Virus record (IMG/VR): IMGVR_UViG_3300036826_000291
Span: 1 to 52,751 of that record
Length of the DNA: 52,751 bases
Origin: a virus
Lineage: Duplodnaviria > Caudoviricetes
Strand: one strand, 5' to 3'
Numbering within the stretch: the first letter of the stretch is position 1; each line of letters opens with the position of its first letter. The translations under genes were made by a program, and so were the position numbers. The notes under the pieces are model-generated. The model searched no databases, was not told where the DNA came from, and saw only the letters and a program-made list of their open reading frames with translations. Below are positions 25,960-34,976 of the stretch, piece after piece.

Positions 25960-26477
25960 CCTTCGCAACCGAATCAGACATTGCCCCGGCGTGTCAGTGT
26001 ATTCGGCGCGAATTGCGGCGACGTCTAATCGACGGCGGCGGCTGTCAATATCGTTGGCAATGTCTCGATTGCGGAAGATCGGTCGGTTCGGCAGTCAAGC
26101 GCACCGAAGCGGTGTCGTTCTATCGCGGATGCGAAACCGAGATTCCGCAATGGGACGAGCGGTTGCATAACGACTACTGGCAAACGCGCGAAAACCTTTG
26201 GCAAGAAAGACGCGAACGGCAAAACCGAGAGCGCGAGCAACATAACATCGAGTGGTGGAGGCGATATAATCTTTATCTGCAATCGCCACAGTGGAAAATA
26301 AAGCGCGCGCAAGTGCTTCGGCGCGCTGGAAACATCTGTGAGGGTTGTCGGCGGCAGAAGGCGACGCAGGTACATCATCTTAGCTATGAGCATGTATTCA
26401 ATGAATTCCTGTGGGAGTTGGTAGCTATCTGCGATGATTGCCACGAACGAATTCATGTGGCGGGGGAGCCGCAATGA
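25956..26477 (+). CDS. HNH endonuclease
   Basis: YLQSPQWKIKR..VLRR...CEGC...VHHLSY...LVAICDDCH. Confidence 0.88.
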   Translation: MTFATESDIAPACQCIRRELRRRLIDGGGCQYRWQCLDCGRSVGSAVKRTEAVSFYRGCETEIPQWDERLHNDYWQTRENLWQERRERQNREREQHNIEWWRRYNLYLQSPQWKIKRAQVLRRAGNICEGCRRQKATQVHHLSYEHVFNEFLWELVAICDDCHERIHVAGEPQ

Positions 26478-28372
26478 ACCGACTCTCTCCAAGCGAGGCG
26501 CTCAAGCGACATAACATCGAATATGTCGCGACCAAGAGCGGAAACTACACAACCGCATGCCCGAATTGCTCTGGCGGCGGCTATCTCAACGTCAAGGTGG
26601 AAAAAGACAAGGTCGCGTGGTTTTGCCACAACTGCAATGTCGGCGGCAGTGAATCGCTTGACCAGCACGAAAGCGACCTCGGGCCGATCACGGCGACATT
26701 CAACTACACCGACGAACAGGGCAAGCGGCTGTTTCAGGTATTGCGATTTGAACCGCCCGGACAGCCAAAGCAGTTTCGTCAGCGCACCGACCCGGAGCAG
26801 AAGAAATGGTCGATCAAGGGCGTGCGCCTGGTTCCATACCGGCTGCCCGAATTGTTGGAAGCAATCGCTTCGGAGCGCCCGGTGCTGATCGTCGAAGGCG
26901 AGAAGGATGTGGAAAATCTTCGCGGAATTAACGTGACCGCGACATGCAATCCGATGGGAGCAGGCAAGTGGCAGAGGTCGTTCTCGCCGATTTTCAATGG
27001 TGCCGATGTGATCGTCTGCCAGGACAACGACGAACCCGGCCGCAATCATGCGCAGCAGGTCGCTCGCATGTTGGCGCCCGTCGCCAAGCGCGTGCGATTG
27101 CTCGATCTCGCGACGATCTGGCGCGGCATCGAGAAAAGCGACGATGTAAGCGACTGGCTCAAACGCGGCGGCGGCAATGCCGACACGCTGTGGCATGCAA
27201 TCGAAGCACTCGAAGATTGGCGACCGGGTGACAGCGAGCAAACCATAAACGGCAACGGCGCGGCGCATGGCGATACGCCGAAAATACTTTCTAAAGCCGA
27301 GTTCATCCGCGGCTTTACTCCCCCAGATTACCTAATTGAAGGTATCTTGCAGCGCCGCTTCATCTATGCGCTCACCGGCCAGACCGGACACGCAAAGACC
27401 GCGGTGGCCCTGCTGATCGCCAGCCTTGTCGCCCGTAGTGACCGCAACACCCTGCTTGGCCTGCACCATGTCGATGCTGCACGCGTCGTTTATTTCGTCG
27501 GTGAGAATCCTGACGATGTGCGCATGCGCGTCATCGGCACTGACGCAATGCGGGACGATGACGCGGCACAAGACAAAATCTGGTTCATTCCTGGCGTCTT
27601 CAGCATCGTTGAAATATTCGAGACGCTGCTTGCCGATATTAAGCAGAACGGCGAGGTGGGCTTGATCATCGTCGATACCAGCGCCGCCTATTTCCTTGGC
27701 GATGAAGAATTGAACAACGTACAGATGGGCAATTATGCCCGCGTGCTGCGCAAGCTCACAACCCTGCCCGGTGCGCCATGCGTGCTGGTGCTGTGCCATC
27801 CGACCAAGCGTGTCGCCGAGCCGTCCGAACTCTTGCCGCGCGGCGGCGGTGCTTATCTCGCCGAAATGGACGGTAACCTGACGCTGTGGCGCACCGCCGA
27901 TGACATGGTTGAAATGTCTTACAACAAGATGCGCGGTCCCGGATTCCAATCAATCTCGTTTCGACTTGAAGCGATCAAGTCACCGAAACTCAAGGACACA
28001 AAGGACCGATTGGTCGCCACCGTGCGCGCAATCGCAATCACCCGCGGGGAGGAGGAAGCGCAGCTCGCCGCCGCGCACAGCGACGAAGATCGCGTGCTCG
28101 CCGCCATGCTCGCTGAACCGGATGGCTCGCTGGCGCTATGGGCCGAACGCATCGGCTGGAAAGACAATGCCGGCGAACCGTACAAGAAAAAGGTCGAGCG
28201 CATCGTCGGCGGCCTCAAGCAGCAGACACCGAAGATCATCGAGAAGCACCGCTCGCGCTGGCGACTCACGGACCGCGGCAAGGAGGAAGCGCGCAAGGCC
28301 ACGCTCGCCATTGCCGCCGTCGAGCGCCGCATGGCCGAGCCGCAGCAGCCGCATCAGCTTGGATTCCTGTAA
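26474..28372 (+). CDS. Primase-helicase (Zn finger, TOPRIM and RepA/AAA_25-type helicase)
   Basis: CPNC..CHNC; VEGEKD, QDNDEPG, DVSDW; Walker A GQTGHAKT and Walker B IIVDT. Confidence 0.88.
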   Translation: MNRLSPSEALKRHNIEYVATKSGNYTTACPNCSGGGYLNVKVEKDKVAWFCHNCNVGGSESLDQHESDLGPITATFNYTDEQGKRLFQVLRFEPPGQPKQFRQRTDPEQKKWSIKGVRLVPYRLPELLEAIASERPVLIVEGEKDVENLRGINVTATCNPMGAGKWQRSFSPIFNGADVIVCQDNDEPGRNHAQQVARMLAPVAKRVRLLDLATIWRGIEKSDDVSDWLKRGGGNADTLWHAIEALEDWRPGDSEQTINGNGAAHGDTPKILSKAEFIRGFTPPDYLIEGILQRRFIYALTGQTGHAKTAVALLIASLVARSDRNTLLGLHHVDAARVVYFVGENPDDVRMRVIGTDAMRDDDAAQDKIWFIPGVFSIVEIFETLLADIKQNGEVGLIIVDTSAAYFLGDEELNNVQMGNYARVLRKLTTLPGAPCVLVLCHPTKRVAEPSELLPRGGGAYLAEMDGNLTLWRTADDMVEMSYNKMRGPGFQSISFRLEAIKSPKLKDTKDRLVATVRAIAITRGEEEAQLAAAHSDEDRVLAAMLAEPDGSLALWAERIGWKDNAGEPYKKKVERIVGGLKQQTPKIIEKHRSRWRLTDRGKEEARKATLAIAAVERRMAEPQQPHQLGFL

Positions 28373-28625
28373 TCGGGACAAGCCGGGACGTGTCCCGTGT
28401 CCCGATTTGTCCCGATTGGAGATAAGGCATGGCGACACAACAAAAAATGCCGGGACGGGCGGTGAAAGTCGCCCCGGCAGACATAGACCCAGTCGGAATG
28501 TCTGACCGGGGGGGCCTTTTTCACCCCGCAATGAGGTTTTCAAAGCCATGTTTTTGCGCTGCAGTATTTCGGGACAACTCTATATCCCTCCCCGTAGGGG
28601 AGGGTAGTTTGTCCCGATTGTCCCG
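28372..28625. repeat. Iteron-like CGGGAC/GTCCCG cluster with a hairpin (putative replication origin)
   Basis: Nine copies, at 28374, 28384, 28392, 28399, 28409, 28451, 28570, 28611 and 28620; CCCTCCCC-GTA-GGGGAGGG at 28586-28604. Confidence 0.6.
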
Positions 28626-28683
28626 TTTCACCTGTAACCATTTTTTCTTCGGCGCTGCACAAAAACGAAAAACGAGGGGCAAA

Positions 28684-29193
28684 ATGCTGATCAAAGCCGG
28701 CGACCTGAAATTCAACCCGCTCGACGGCATCGCCACCGCGCCGCCCGCGACCTGGAACGGCGCGCATGTCGGCGTACAGCTCGCCGAAGCGTTCCGCACG
28801 CTTGCCGCCATGCCGGCCTGCCGCGCGAGCGCCTCCGGTTTCTGGCCGGCCTATACGCACGACTGGCAAGATCTGTTGGCGCAGCAGGAAGCGGAAGCCG
28901 ACGACAAGGCCAGAGCCAACGCGCAGGCCAACCGCATCCGCATCGCGCCGAGCATCGAGGCGGTCAGCCGAATGGAAACCGCGATCTACTGGCCGGCCCG
29001 CTACCTCGCGCCGCAAAGCCCGGACATGGCGCGCGCCGTCAACGCGGTTGCCTGCGCGATCGCCTTCGAGCGCGATGCCTCATGGGTCGCGCGGCGCTAC
29101 GGCGGCAACGTGCGCCAATGGCAGCGCGATTATGTCGACGGCTGCATCGTCATCGCCGTCAAGCTGGTGCGCGATTGCGTGGCGGTGTTTTAA
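28684..29193 (+). CDS. Putative late transcription regulator (DUF6362-like)
   Basis: W....V...LAEAFRTLAAMP...PSIEAVSRME...W motif, at the end of the replication operon. Confidence 0.55.
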   Translation: MLIKAGDLKFNPLDGIATAPPATWNGAHVGVQLAEAFRTLAAMPACRASASGFWPAYTHDWQDLLAQQEAEADDKARANAQANRIRIAPSIEAVSRMETAIYWPARYLAPQSPDMARAVNAVACAIAFERDASWVARRYGGNVRQWQRDYVDGCIVIAVKLVRDCVAVF

Positions 29194-29206
29194 GGAACAG
29201 CTCGAG

Positions 29207-29749
29207 ATGCGACTCGCCTATGCCGACCCGCCCTACATCGGATGTGCGCACCTCTATCGCGATCATCCCGACTATGCCGGCGAGGTCGACCACGCCGCAT
29301 TGATCGCGCGCCTGCAATCCGAGTTCGATGGTTGGGTCTTGCACGCCAGCGCCACGCCGCATTCGATGGCCACGCTCGCGCCGCTGGTCGAGTACACCGG
29401 CGCTCGCTGGTGCTCGTGGCGCAAAGGCTTTGCCGCCTTCAAGGCGAACGTGTCCGTCGCCTATGCCTGGGAGCCGGTCATCATCAAGGCCGCACGCAAG
29501 CCCGTCGTCGATCATCGCATGGTGATGCGCGATTGGTTCGACTGCATTGCCGACGACATCGAATGCTCGATCACGCTGCGGCGCGGCCTGACCGGAGCAA
29601 AGCCCGAGGCGGTCTGCCATTGGGCATTCGCGCTGATGGGCGCCGAGGCCGCAGACGATCTCACCGATCTCTATCCCGGCACCGGCGCCGTGATGCAAGC
29701 ATGGCGCTCGTGGTGCGATGCTCCACGATTGGCTCGAGCTGCCCGATGA
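29207..29749 (+). CDS. Minimal amino-methyltransferase-like protein
   Basis: YADPPY at the N-terminus; AKP...DLYPGTGAV SAM-binding motif at the C-terminus. Confidence 0.75.
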   Translation: MRLAYADPPYIGCAHLYRDHPDYAGEVDHAALIARLQSEFDGWVLHASATPHSMATLAPLVEYTGARWCSWRKGFAAFKANVSVAYAWEPVIIKAARKPVVDHRMVMRDWFDCIADDIECSITLRRGLTGAKPEAVCHWAFALMGAEAADDLTDLYPGTGAVMQAWRSWCDAPRLARAAR

Positions 29750-30417
29750 TTGACGACCTCGACATTCCCACCGCCGCCGAAGCCGAGTACCTCGCCGAGT
29801 TCGGCTGCATCGCGATCTGCATCGCGTGCTCACCGTCACGCCTGCCGTGCGTCGTCCTCGTCACCGATGATCTTGCCGCCACGCTCGACCGCATCCGCGC
29901 CGAGTGGCACTGGTCAATCGGCCTTGCGACGGTGCTGTGGTGTGCCGACACCGATGTTGCGGGCAAGCTCGTCACCGCGATCGCGGCGCCGCTCGATACC
30001 AACGGCCGCCTCGACACCGATGCCGACGATGCCGAGCGCCAGGTCCGGCGTGCCGCGACGCTCGCCGGTGTGCCGCTCACCGCACATGCCGCGGCGCTCG
30101 CCAGGGTCCGCGCCGCCCTTGCCCGCGTCGACGGGCTGATTGCCGAGGCCAATGTCGGCGGCGATCTCTCGTGGTTCAATGCCGCGTATCGGCGCTACCG
30201 GCTGGCGACCGGCGAAGATGCGATGCCCTACGGCCATGCGTTGCGGGAGTTGCGCCGGGCGGTGGTTCGCCGATTGGTTGGTGCGGGCGATGCCCCGGCG
30301 CTCGATACCGCCCTCCTGCGGGACGTATTCCCGCCCGCAAGCCGTAAAATTCCGGCCGCTGGTGCGCGAAACCGGCCCGCCCCTAGTCGGATAGCCCTTG
30401 CCCGGAAAAACGAATAG
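29746..30417 (+). CDS. Hypothetical protein
   Basis: Coupled start (ATGA overlap). Confidence 0.6.
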   Translation: MIDDLDIPTAAEAEYLAEFGCIAICIACSPSRLPCVVLVTDDLAATLDRIRAEWHWSIGLATVLWCADTDVAGKLVTAIAAPLDTNGRLDTDADDAERQVRRAATLAGVPLTAHAAALARVRAALARVDGLIAEANVGGDLSWFNAAYRRYRLATGEDAMPYGHALRELRRAVVRRLVGAGDAPALDTALLRDVFPPASRKIPAAGARNRPAPSRIALARKNE

Positions 30418-30841
30418 GCGGCGATCCTGGCGCGACTGCGGGCATATGCGTTTACGGTATGGCTTGGCCTTGCGGGCTTGCCGAATTTGCCTATGCGCTT
30501 ACCTCTTGACAGTCCGCCGCGAATCACTTGGCCTCACGGGCGCGCTGCCGGGTGGACCATGGGCGAACGGGAAAAATTCCGTTGGGAACGCTGGCGTAGA
30601 GCGAAGCGGCGCTTGCGGCAGGGGATGGTCGATAAGAAGCGTCTGTGGATGATTTCCTGCGTGACCGGGAACATGCAGACCGCGGCGCGAATCTTGCGGC
30701 AGCCGTCACGAATCCTTTAGACGAATAGGGACCGTATTTTCGGACCCGCCGCGCGGCGTGCGCCCGCCCTGCCCACTTTGCGGATATTTTGGCCTCCCTC
30801 CGACCGGCTTTGCTTCGGCCCAAACCGCGCGAGTTTGAAGG

Positions 30842-31483
30842 ATGATGGCGGCGAACTTCCGCGACCGCATCGTTGAACTGCGGCGCATCAAGGCCGGCGA
30901 GCTGCGGGCGCATGCCAAGAACTGGCGGCTGCACCCGGAAGGCCAGCGCAGCGCGCTCACCGCGATGCTCGCCGACATCGGCTTTGTCGGCGCGCTCATC
31001 GCCCGGCAGGTCGACGGGCATCTCGAGCTGCTCGACGGACACCTGCGCGCCGACCTCGCGGCCGACAGCGAGGTGCCGGTGCTCGTGGTCGATCTGACCG
31101 ACGATGAAGCAGCCAAGGTGCTCGCCACCTATGATCCGCTGTCGGCGCTCGCCGTCACCAACGCCGAGGCGCTTGCCGATCTGCTCAAGGGTGTCGAACT
31201 CGACGAACATGCCGAGTTGCGGCGCATGATCGCCGACCTCACCGTCAAGCTCGAACGCAAAGAGACCGAAGGCCCGGACGACCGCATCGACGTCCCCGGC
31301 ATGGAGCTGCAGCCGCACGAGCACTACGATTTCCTCGTGGTGCTCGCCACGACAACGCACGAATGGAACGTGCTGTGCGATCGCCTCGCACTCAAACCGG
31401 AGAAGCGGCGCGGACGCATGGGCACCTGCCGCGCGATCCGCGCCGAGGCGCTGCTCAAGCTGCTGCCGGCATCGGCAAAATGA
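30842..31483 (+). CDS. ParB/Srx-like domain protein
   Basis: ELRAHAKNWRLHP, IGFVGALI, LLDGHLR and VPVLVVDL motifs. Confidence 0.8.
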   Translation: MMAANFRDRIVELRRIKAGELRAHAKNWRLHPEGQRSALTAMLADIGFVGALIARQVDGHLELLDGHLRADLAADSEVPVLVVDLTDDEAAKVLATYDPLSALAVTNAEALADLLKGVELDEHAELRRMIADLTVKLERKETEGPDDRIDVPGMELQPHEHYDFLVVLATTTHEWNVLCDRLALKPEKRRGRMGTCRAIRAEALLKLLPASAK

Positions 31484-32244
31484 TCGACTACCGAATCGTG
31501 GTGCCGTCACGCGGCCGGCCGGGCAACGTCGCAAAGCTGTTGTCGTTGATGCCGAGCGCCTGCATCTGTGTCGATCAACGCGAGCGCGCCGACTACGCCG
31601 CGGTGGTGCCGAAGAAGCAGCTGCTCTTGCATCCGCCGTCGAGCGGCGGCCCGGCCGCACGCAACTGGATCATCGAGAACGTCAAGGCAACTTGCCTCAT
31701 CCAGTGCGACGACGACCTGAGCGGCGTGCGCTCGACCATCGGCAGCCGGCGCTTTCTCACCGACCCTGACGAGGTGATGGCGGTTCTTGAGAACGCCATG
31801 ACCGCCTGCCACGATCTCGGCCTGACGACGTTCTGCTTTTCGCGCACCATCAATACGACCGTGATTCATCCAGAGCTGCGGCCGATCGTGCCGGTGCAGC
31901 AGGTCTATGGCTGTTGGGGCGTGATGGGCGCGGCGCGGCATCGGCTCTACGACACGACGTTAAAGAGCCGCGCCGATCTCGATTGGAGCTTGGCGACCTT
32001 GCTGCACGACCGTTGCGTCTATGCCGATGTGCGTTTCTATTTCGACTTCGGCTCGTCATTCAGCGGCGCCGGCGGCAACTCCGGGCTGGTCACGGCCGAC
32101 GACTTCAAGACCTCGACCGAGATTGTCGCGAAGCGGTGGGGTCGCGCGATCTCGTTCAAGCGACCCGGCTATCACAAGGGCGGCGGCGACACCGTTGCCG
32201 GCAAGCCCGACGTGCGCCGCAGCAACCGGCTGGCGCAGCGGTGA
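31480..32244 (+). CDS. GREB1-like/TET-associated glycosyltransferase (GT-A)
   Basis: IVVPSRGR, ARNWI, CDDDL (DxD), DLDWSL and GGNSG motifs. Confidence 0.7.
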   Translation: MIDYRIVVPSRGRPGNVAKLLSLMPSACICVDQRERADYAAVVPKKQLLLHPPSSGGPAARNWIIENVKATCLIQCDDDLSGVRSTIGSRRFLTDPDEVMAVLENAMTACHDLGLTTFCFSRTINTTVIHPELRPIVPVQQVYGCWGVMGAARHRLYDTTLKSRADLDWSLATLLHDRCVYADVRFYFDFGSSFSGAGGNSGLVTADDFKTSTEIVAKRWGRAISFKRPGYHKGGGDTVAGKPDVRRSNRLAQR

Positions 32245-32864
32245 TGGCCTTCATCACCGAAAAGACGCTGTTCATTCACGTGCAGAAGACCGGCGGCATG
32301 ACGGTGCGCCGCGTGCTCTACCGCGCAACGCCGCTCGGCCGCGAGAGCGGCGACGCCGAAGGCGAGCGGCATATCGGACTGCCGCAGTTGCGCGCCAGCC
32401 ATCCCGGCATCGAGGCCGGCCGGCTTTCGTTCGGCTTCGTGCGGCATCCGGTGTCGTGGATCGTCTCGCGATGGGCGTTCGCCGTGGTGACCGGCTTCCC
32501 GATGCAGATGCAGCACCGCGGCAGCGCCGCCGCGCTGTGGCTCGCCGCATGCTGGCATGATCGCTTCGAGGAATTCGCCGCCCGCACGCTCGACCGCTAT
32601 CCCGGCATCGCCACGCAGACCATGTTCAGCATGCTCGGAATGTGGTCCGGCAAGAGCGTCGACCGCATCGGCAAGACGGAAAATCTGATCGGCGACCTGA
32701 CCGCAATCCTCGACGCCGCCGGCGAGCACTACACGCTCGACAATGATTGCTGGCGCAACGGCACCGACCGGACGATCCGCGACGCGGTGATCGTCTCAGA
32801 CAAGCTAAAGGCGCGCATCATGCGCGCCGAAAGCCAGCTGTGCGAACGGTTCGGCTACGAGTGA
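32244..32864 (+). CDS. Sulfotransferase family-2-like protein
   Basis: FIHVQKTGGMTV (PAPS 5'-loop), FGFVRHPVSWIVS (3'-PB) and IGKTENL motifs. Confidence 0.8.
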   Translation: MAFITEKTLFIHVQKTGGMTVRRVLYRATPLGRESGDAEGERHIGLPQLRASHPGIEAGRLSFGFVRHPVSWIVSRWAFAVVTGFPMQMQHRGSAAALWLAACWHDRFEEFAARTLDRYPGIATQTMFSMLGMWSGKSVDRIGKTENLIGDLTAILDAAGEHYTLDNDCWRNGTDRTIRDAVIVSDKLKARIMRAESQLCERFGYE

Positions 32865-33064
32865 GGCTCGACGCGACGCAGCCGGTCATCGAGCCGCAGC
32901 ACGAAGCGCGTCAGAATGTCGAGGTCATGGCGCATGTCGGCAATGTCGGCGGCGACCTGCCCGAGACGCTCGCCGAATGGATCGAACCGCTCGTGCAAGG
33001 CACGAACCTCGCCCTGGATCGCGGCGAGGCGCTCGGCAATGAATTCAAGACTTGGCTCGGGCAT
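32855..33064 (-). CDS. Small coiled-coil protein
   Basis: 69 aa with heptads; GGGAG RBS. Confidence 0.6.
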   Translation of the reverse strand: MPEPSLEFIAERLAAIQGEVRALHERFDPFGERLGQVAADIADMRHDLDILTRFVLRLDDRLRRVEPHS

Positions 33065-33638
33065 TGTTCGCTCCCTCTTTCAGCGCCCAGAGCCGATAGG
33101 CTTCATCCTCATAGGCATCCTTGCCGCCGGCCTGCGGCGGGTCGAGCTTGGCGCTCTCGGCGCGAAAGTAGGCGATGCCGCGGCCCTTGGCCTTGCCGAC
33201 AATGGTGTGCTGATCGTTCGCCCAATCGGGAATCGCCGGGGCGAAATCTTCCAAGAGCGAGCGCAGCCCGATCGCCGCGCCGAAGTGGCAGCCCTCGCGC
33301 GACTTGGGCGCGCGGCACAGGAGCCGGATGGCGTTGCCGACCATCAGCCGCGCCTCGCCGGGATTGTCCGGCGACTTGGCATATCGCTGTTTCGACTGCT
33401 CGACGGCGGCGGCGACGAACGGCACGATCCACGGCGCGGCGATGCAGTCGACGTCTTCGTGGGCGATGACTTCGAGCCGATTGCACACCATCGAATGAAA
33501 GGCTTTCGAGGTGTGCATCAGTTCGCAGGCCATCTCCATCGCCTCGCGTTCCAGGCCGCGGCGGATGAATTTCTGCATCGCCGAGACGCAGCCCATGGCG
33601 GGGAGATTGTTTCTGGTCGGTGGAATCGGCATCGGCAT
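33045..33638 (-). CDS. Stand-alone MgsA/RarA C-terminal-like domain
   Basis: VSAMQKFIRRG...NRLEVIAHEDV...APKSR; no ATPase domain. Confidence 0.7.
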   Translation of the reverse strand: MPMPIPPTRNNLPAMGCVSAMQKFIRRGLEREAMEMACELMHTSKAFHSMVCNRLEVIAHEDVDCIAAPWIVPFVAAAVEQSKQRYAKSPDNPGEARLMVGNAIRLLCRAPKSREGCHFGAAIGLRSLLEDFAPAIPDWANDQHTIVGKAKGRGIAYFRAESAKLDPPQAGGKDAYEDEAYRLWALKEGANNARAKS

Positions 33639-33754
33639 TTTCGTTTGGTCCCTTCGTTGCTAGAATTGCAATCCCCAATGCCGGCCTTTTTGGGTTGGTC
33701 CCTTTTGAGACCGGCGGGGAGGGGCGCGCCGCTTAACCCGGCGCGCCTCTTTGC

Positions 33755-34108
33755 TTAGTGCGCGGTCCGGCGCCGCGAACGGGCCGGCGCCACTTCGGCG
33801 ACCGGCGTAGCTTCGGCTTCCGGCAGCAGCTCGGCGGCCGGCTCGGCGACCGGCAGCGGCAGCGGCGCGGGGATGGTGACGCCGGCCGCAGCAAGTGCCG
33901 CGCTCACCGCCTCGAATGTGTCGGCGACCGCGAAGCCGCCGCCATCGGTGAAGGTGAGCCGGGTGCCGACGCGGCCACCCTTGCGCCGGTAATAGGTGCG
34001 GATGGCCTCGACCTGCACGACGGCCGGCACGGTCGATTCGATCGCGACGCCGGACTCGTTCTCGTCATAGGCTTCGCGGTCAACCATGTTCAAAGTGATG
34101 GTCCTCAT
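33755..34108 (-). CDS. Hypothetical protein
   Basis: Coupled to the GGCT gene; followed by a hairpin at 33723-33747. Confidence 0.6.
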   Translation of the reverse strand: MRTITLNMVDREAYDENESGVAIESTVPAVVQVEAIRTYYRRKGGRVGTRLTFTDGGGFAVADTFEAVSAALAAAGVTIPAPLPLPVAEPAAELLPEAEATPVAEVAPARSRRRTAH

Positions 34109-34680
34109 TTTGACTTGCTCCGATTGTGCCCCGTGGGGCGCTTGCTGGCGGCCTGTTTCCCGGTGGCAGCCTTCCCGGTCTTAGCCGGCGGAACCGCCGC
34201 CGGTAATGCAAGACGCTTGTAGCCGTCACGGTGACGGCGGCGGCGCTCGAAATAAGTCTTGTCCTTGTCGGCCCAGGCGTGCCGTACCGCGTCTTCAAGC
34301 GGCGCGACGTCAAGGTCGAAATCCCGATAGCCTTCGATGATCGTCTGCAGATAGCTTTCGGTCGGCGGCATGATGCCGGTCGAATTCATCACGTACAGCA
34401 TCAACTGGTATTCGTCGCCGGCGCCGATCACCGGCAAGTGGACCTTGCGGTAAAGCCCGGCCGCGATGCCTTCGTAGCGATCGAGCGCGCGCTCGCACGC
34501 CGCGGTGATCTTCCAGATGCCGCCGGGGCACTCGGCGCCCGGTTCCTCGATGCAGTCGGCGACGCCGCGAAAGACAAGCCGCCAGTCCGGCAGCGTGAAG
34601 CTCGCGAGCGGCTTGGCCTGCGGACAGCGGTACGCCATGTGCGCGCGATTGAGATTGGAGCCGTAAGCGAAATAGAGCAT
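34105..34680 (-). CDS. Gamma-glutamylcyclotransferase (AIG2-like)
   Basis: YFAYGSNL...LDRYEG...Y motifs. Confidence 0.9.
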   Translation of the reverse strand: MLYFAYGSNLNRAHMAYRCPQAKPLASFTLPDWRLVFRGVADCIEEPGAECPGGIWKITAACERALDRYEGIAAGLYRKVHLPVIGAGDEYQLMLYVMNSTGIMPPTESYLQTIIEGYRDFDLDVAPLEDAVRHAWADKDKTYFERRRRHRDGYKRLALPAAVPPAKTGKAATGKQAASKRPTGHNRSKSK

Positions 34681-34692
34681 TGGTCCCTCTTG

Positions 34693-34887
34693 TTAGCCGG
34701 TATGGCCGTCGTCTATCGCCTTCATGGCGAGTCGAATGTAGAGCGGTGTGCGGCGTTCGCCGCGTTCCCAGGCGACCCAGGCGGCGCGCGACGCGCCGAT
34801 GGCGATTGCGGCGGCGCGCTGCGAGAGCTTGTGGCGCTTGCGCCAGCGGACCAACGCGGGAAGCGGCTCGGGGCGGGTTGTCGGCAT
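34693..34887 (-). CDS. Small XRE HTH protein
   Basis: LSQRAAAIAIGASRAAWVAWERGER; AGGAG RBS. Confidence 0.75.
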   Translation of the reverse strand: MPTTRPEPLPALVRWRKRHKLSQRAAAIAIGASRAAWVAWERGERRTPLYIRLAMKAIDDGHTG

Positions 34888-34976
34888 GGTCGGCTCCTGG
34901 CCTGAATATGTACCAGCAGCCGGCCTAGCAGTCGCCTGCCCGTTGCGCAAGGCGGTATGCGCGGCGGACAAGGCGA

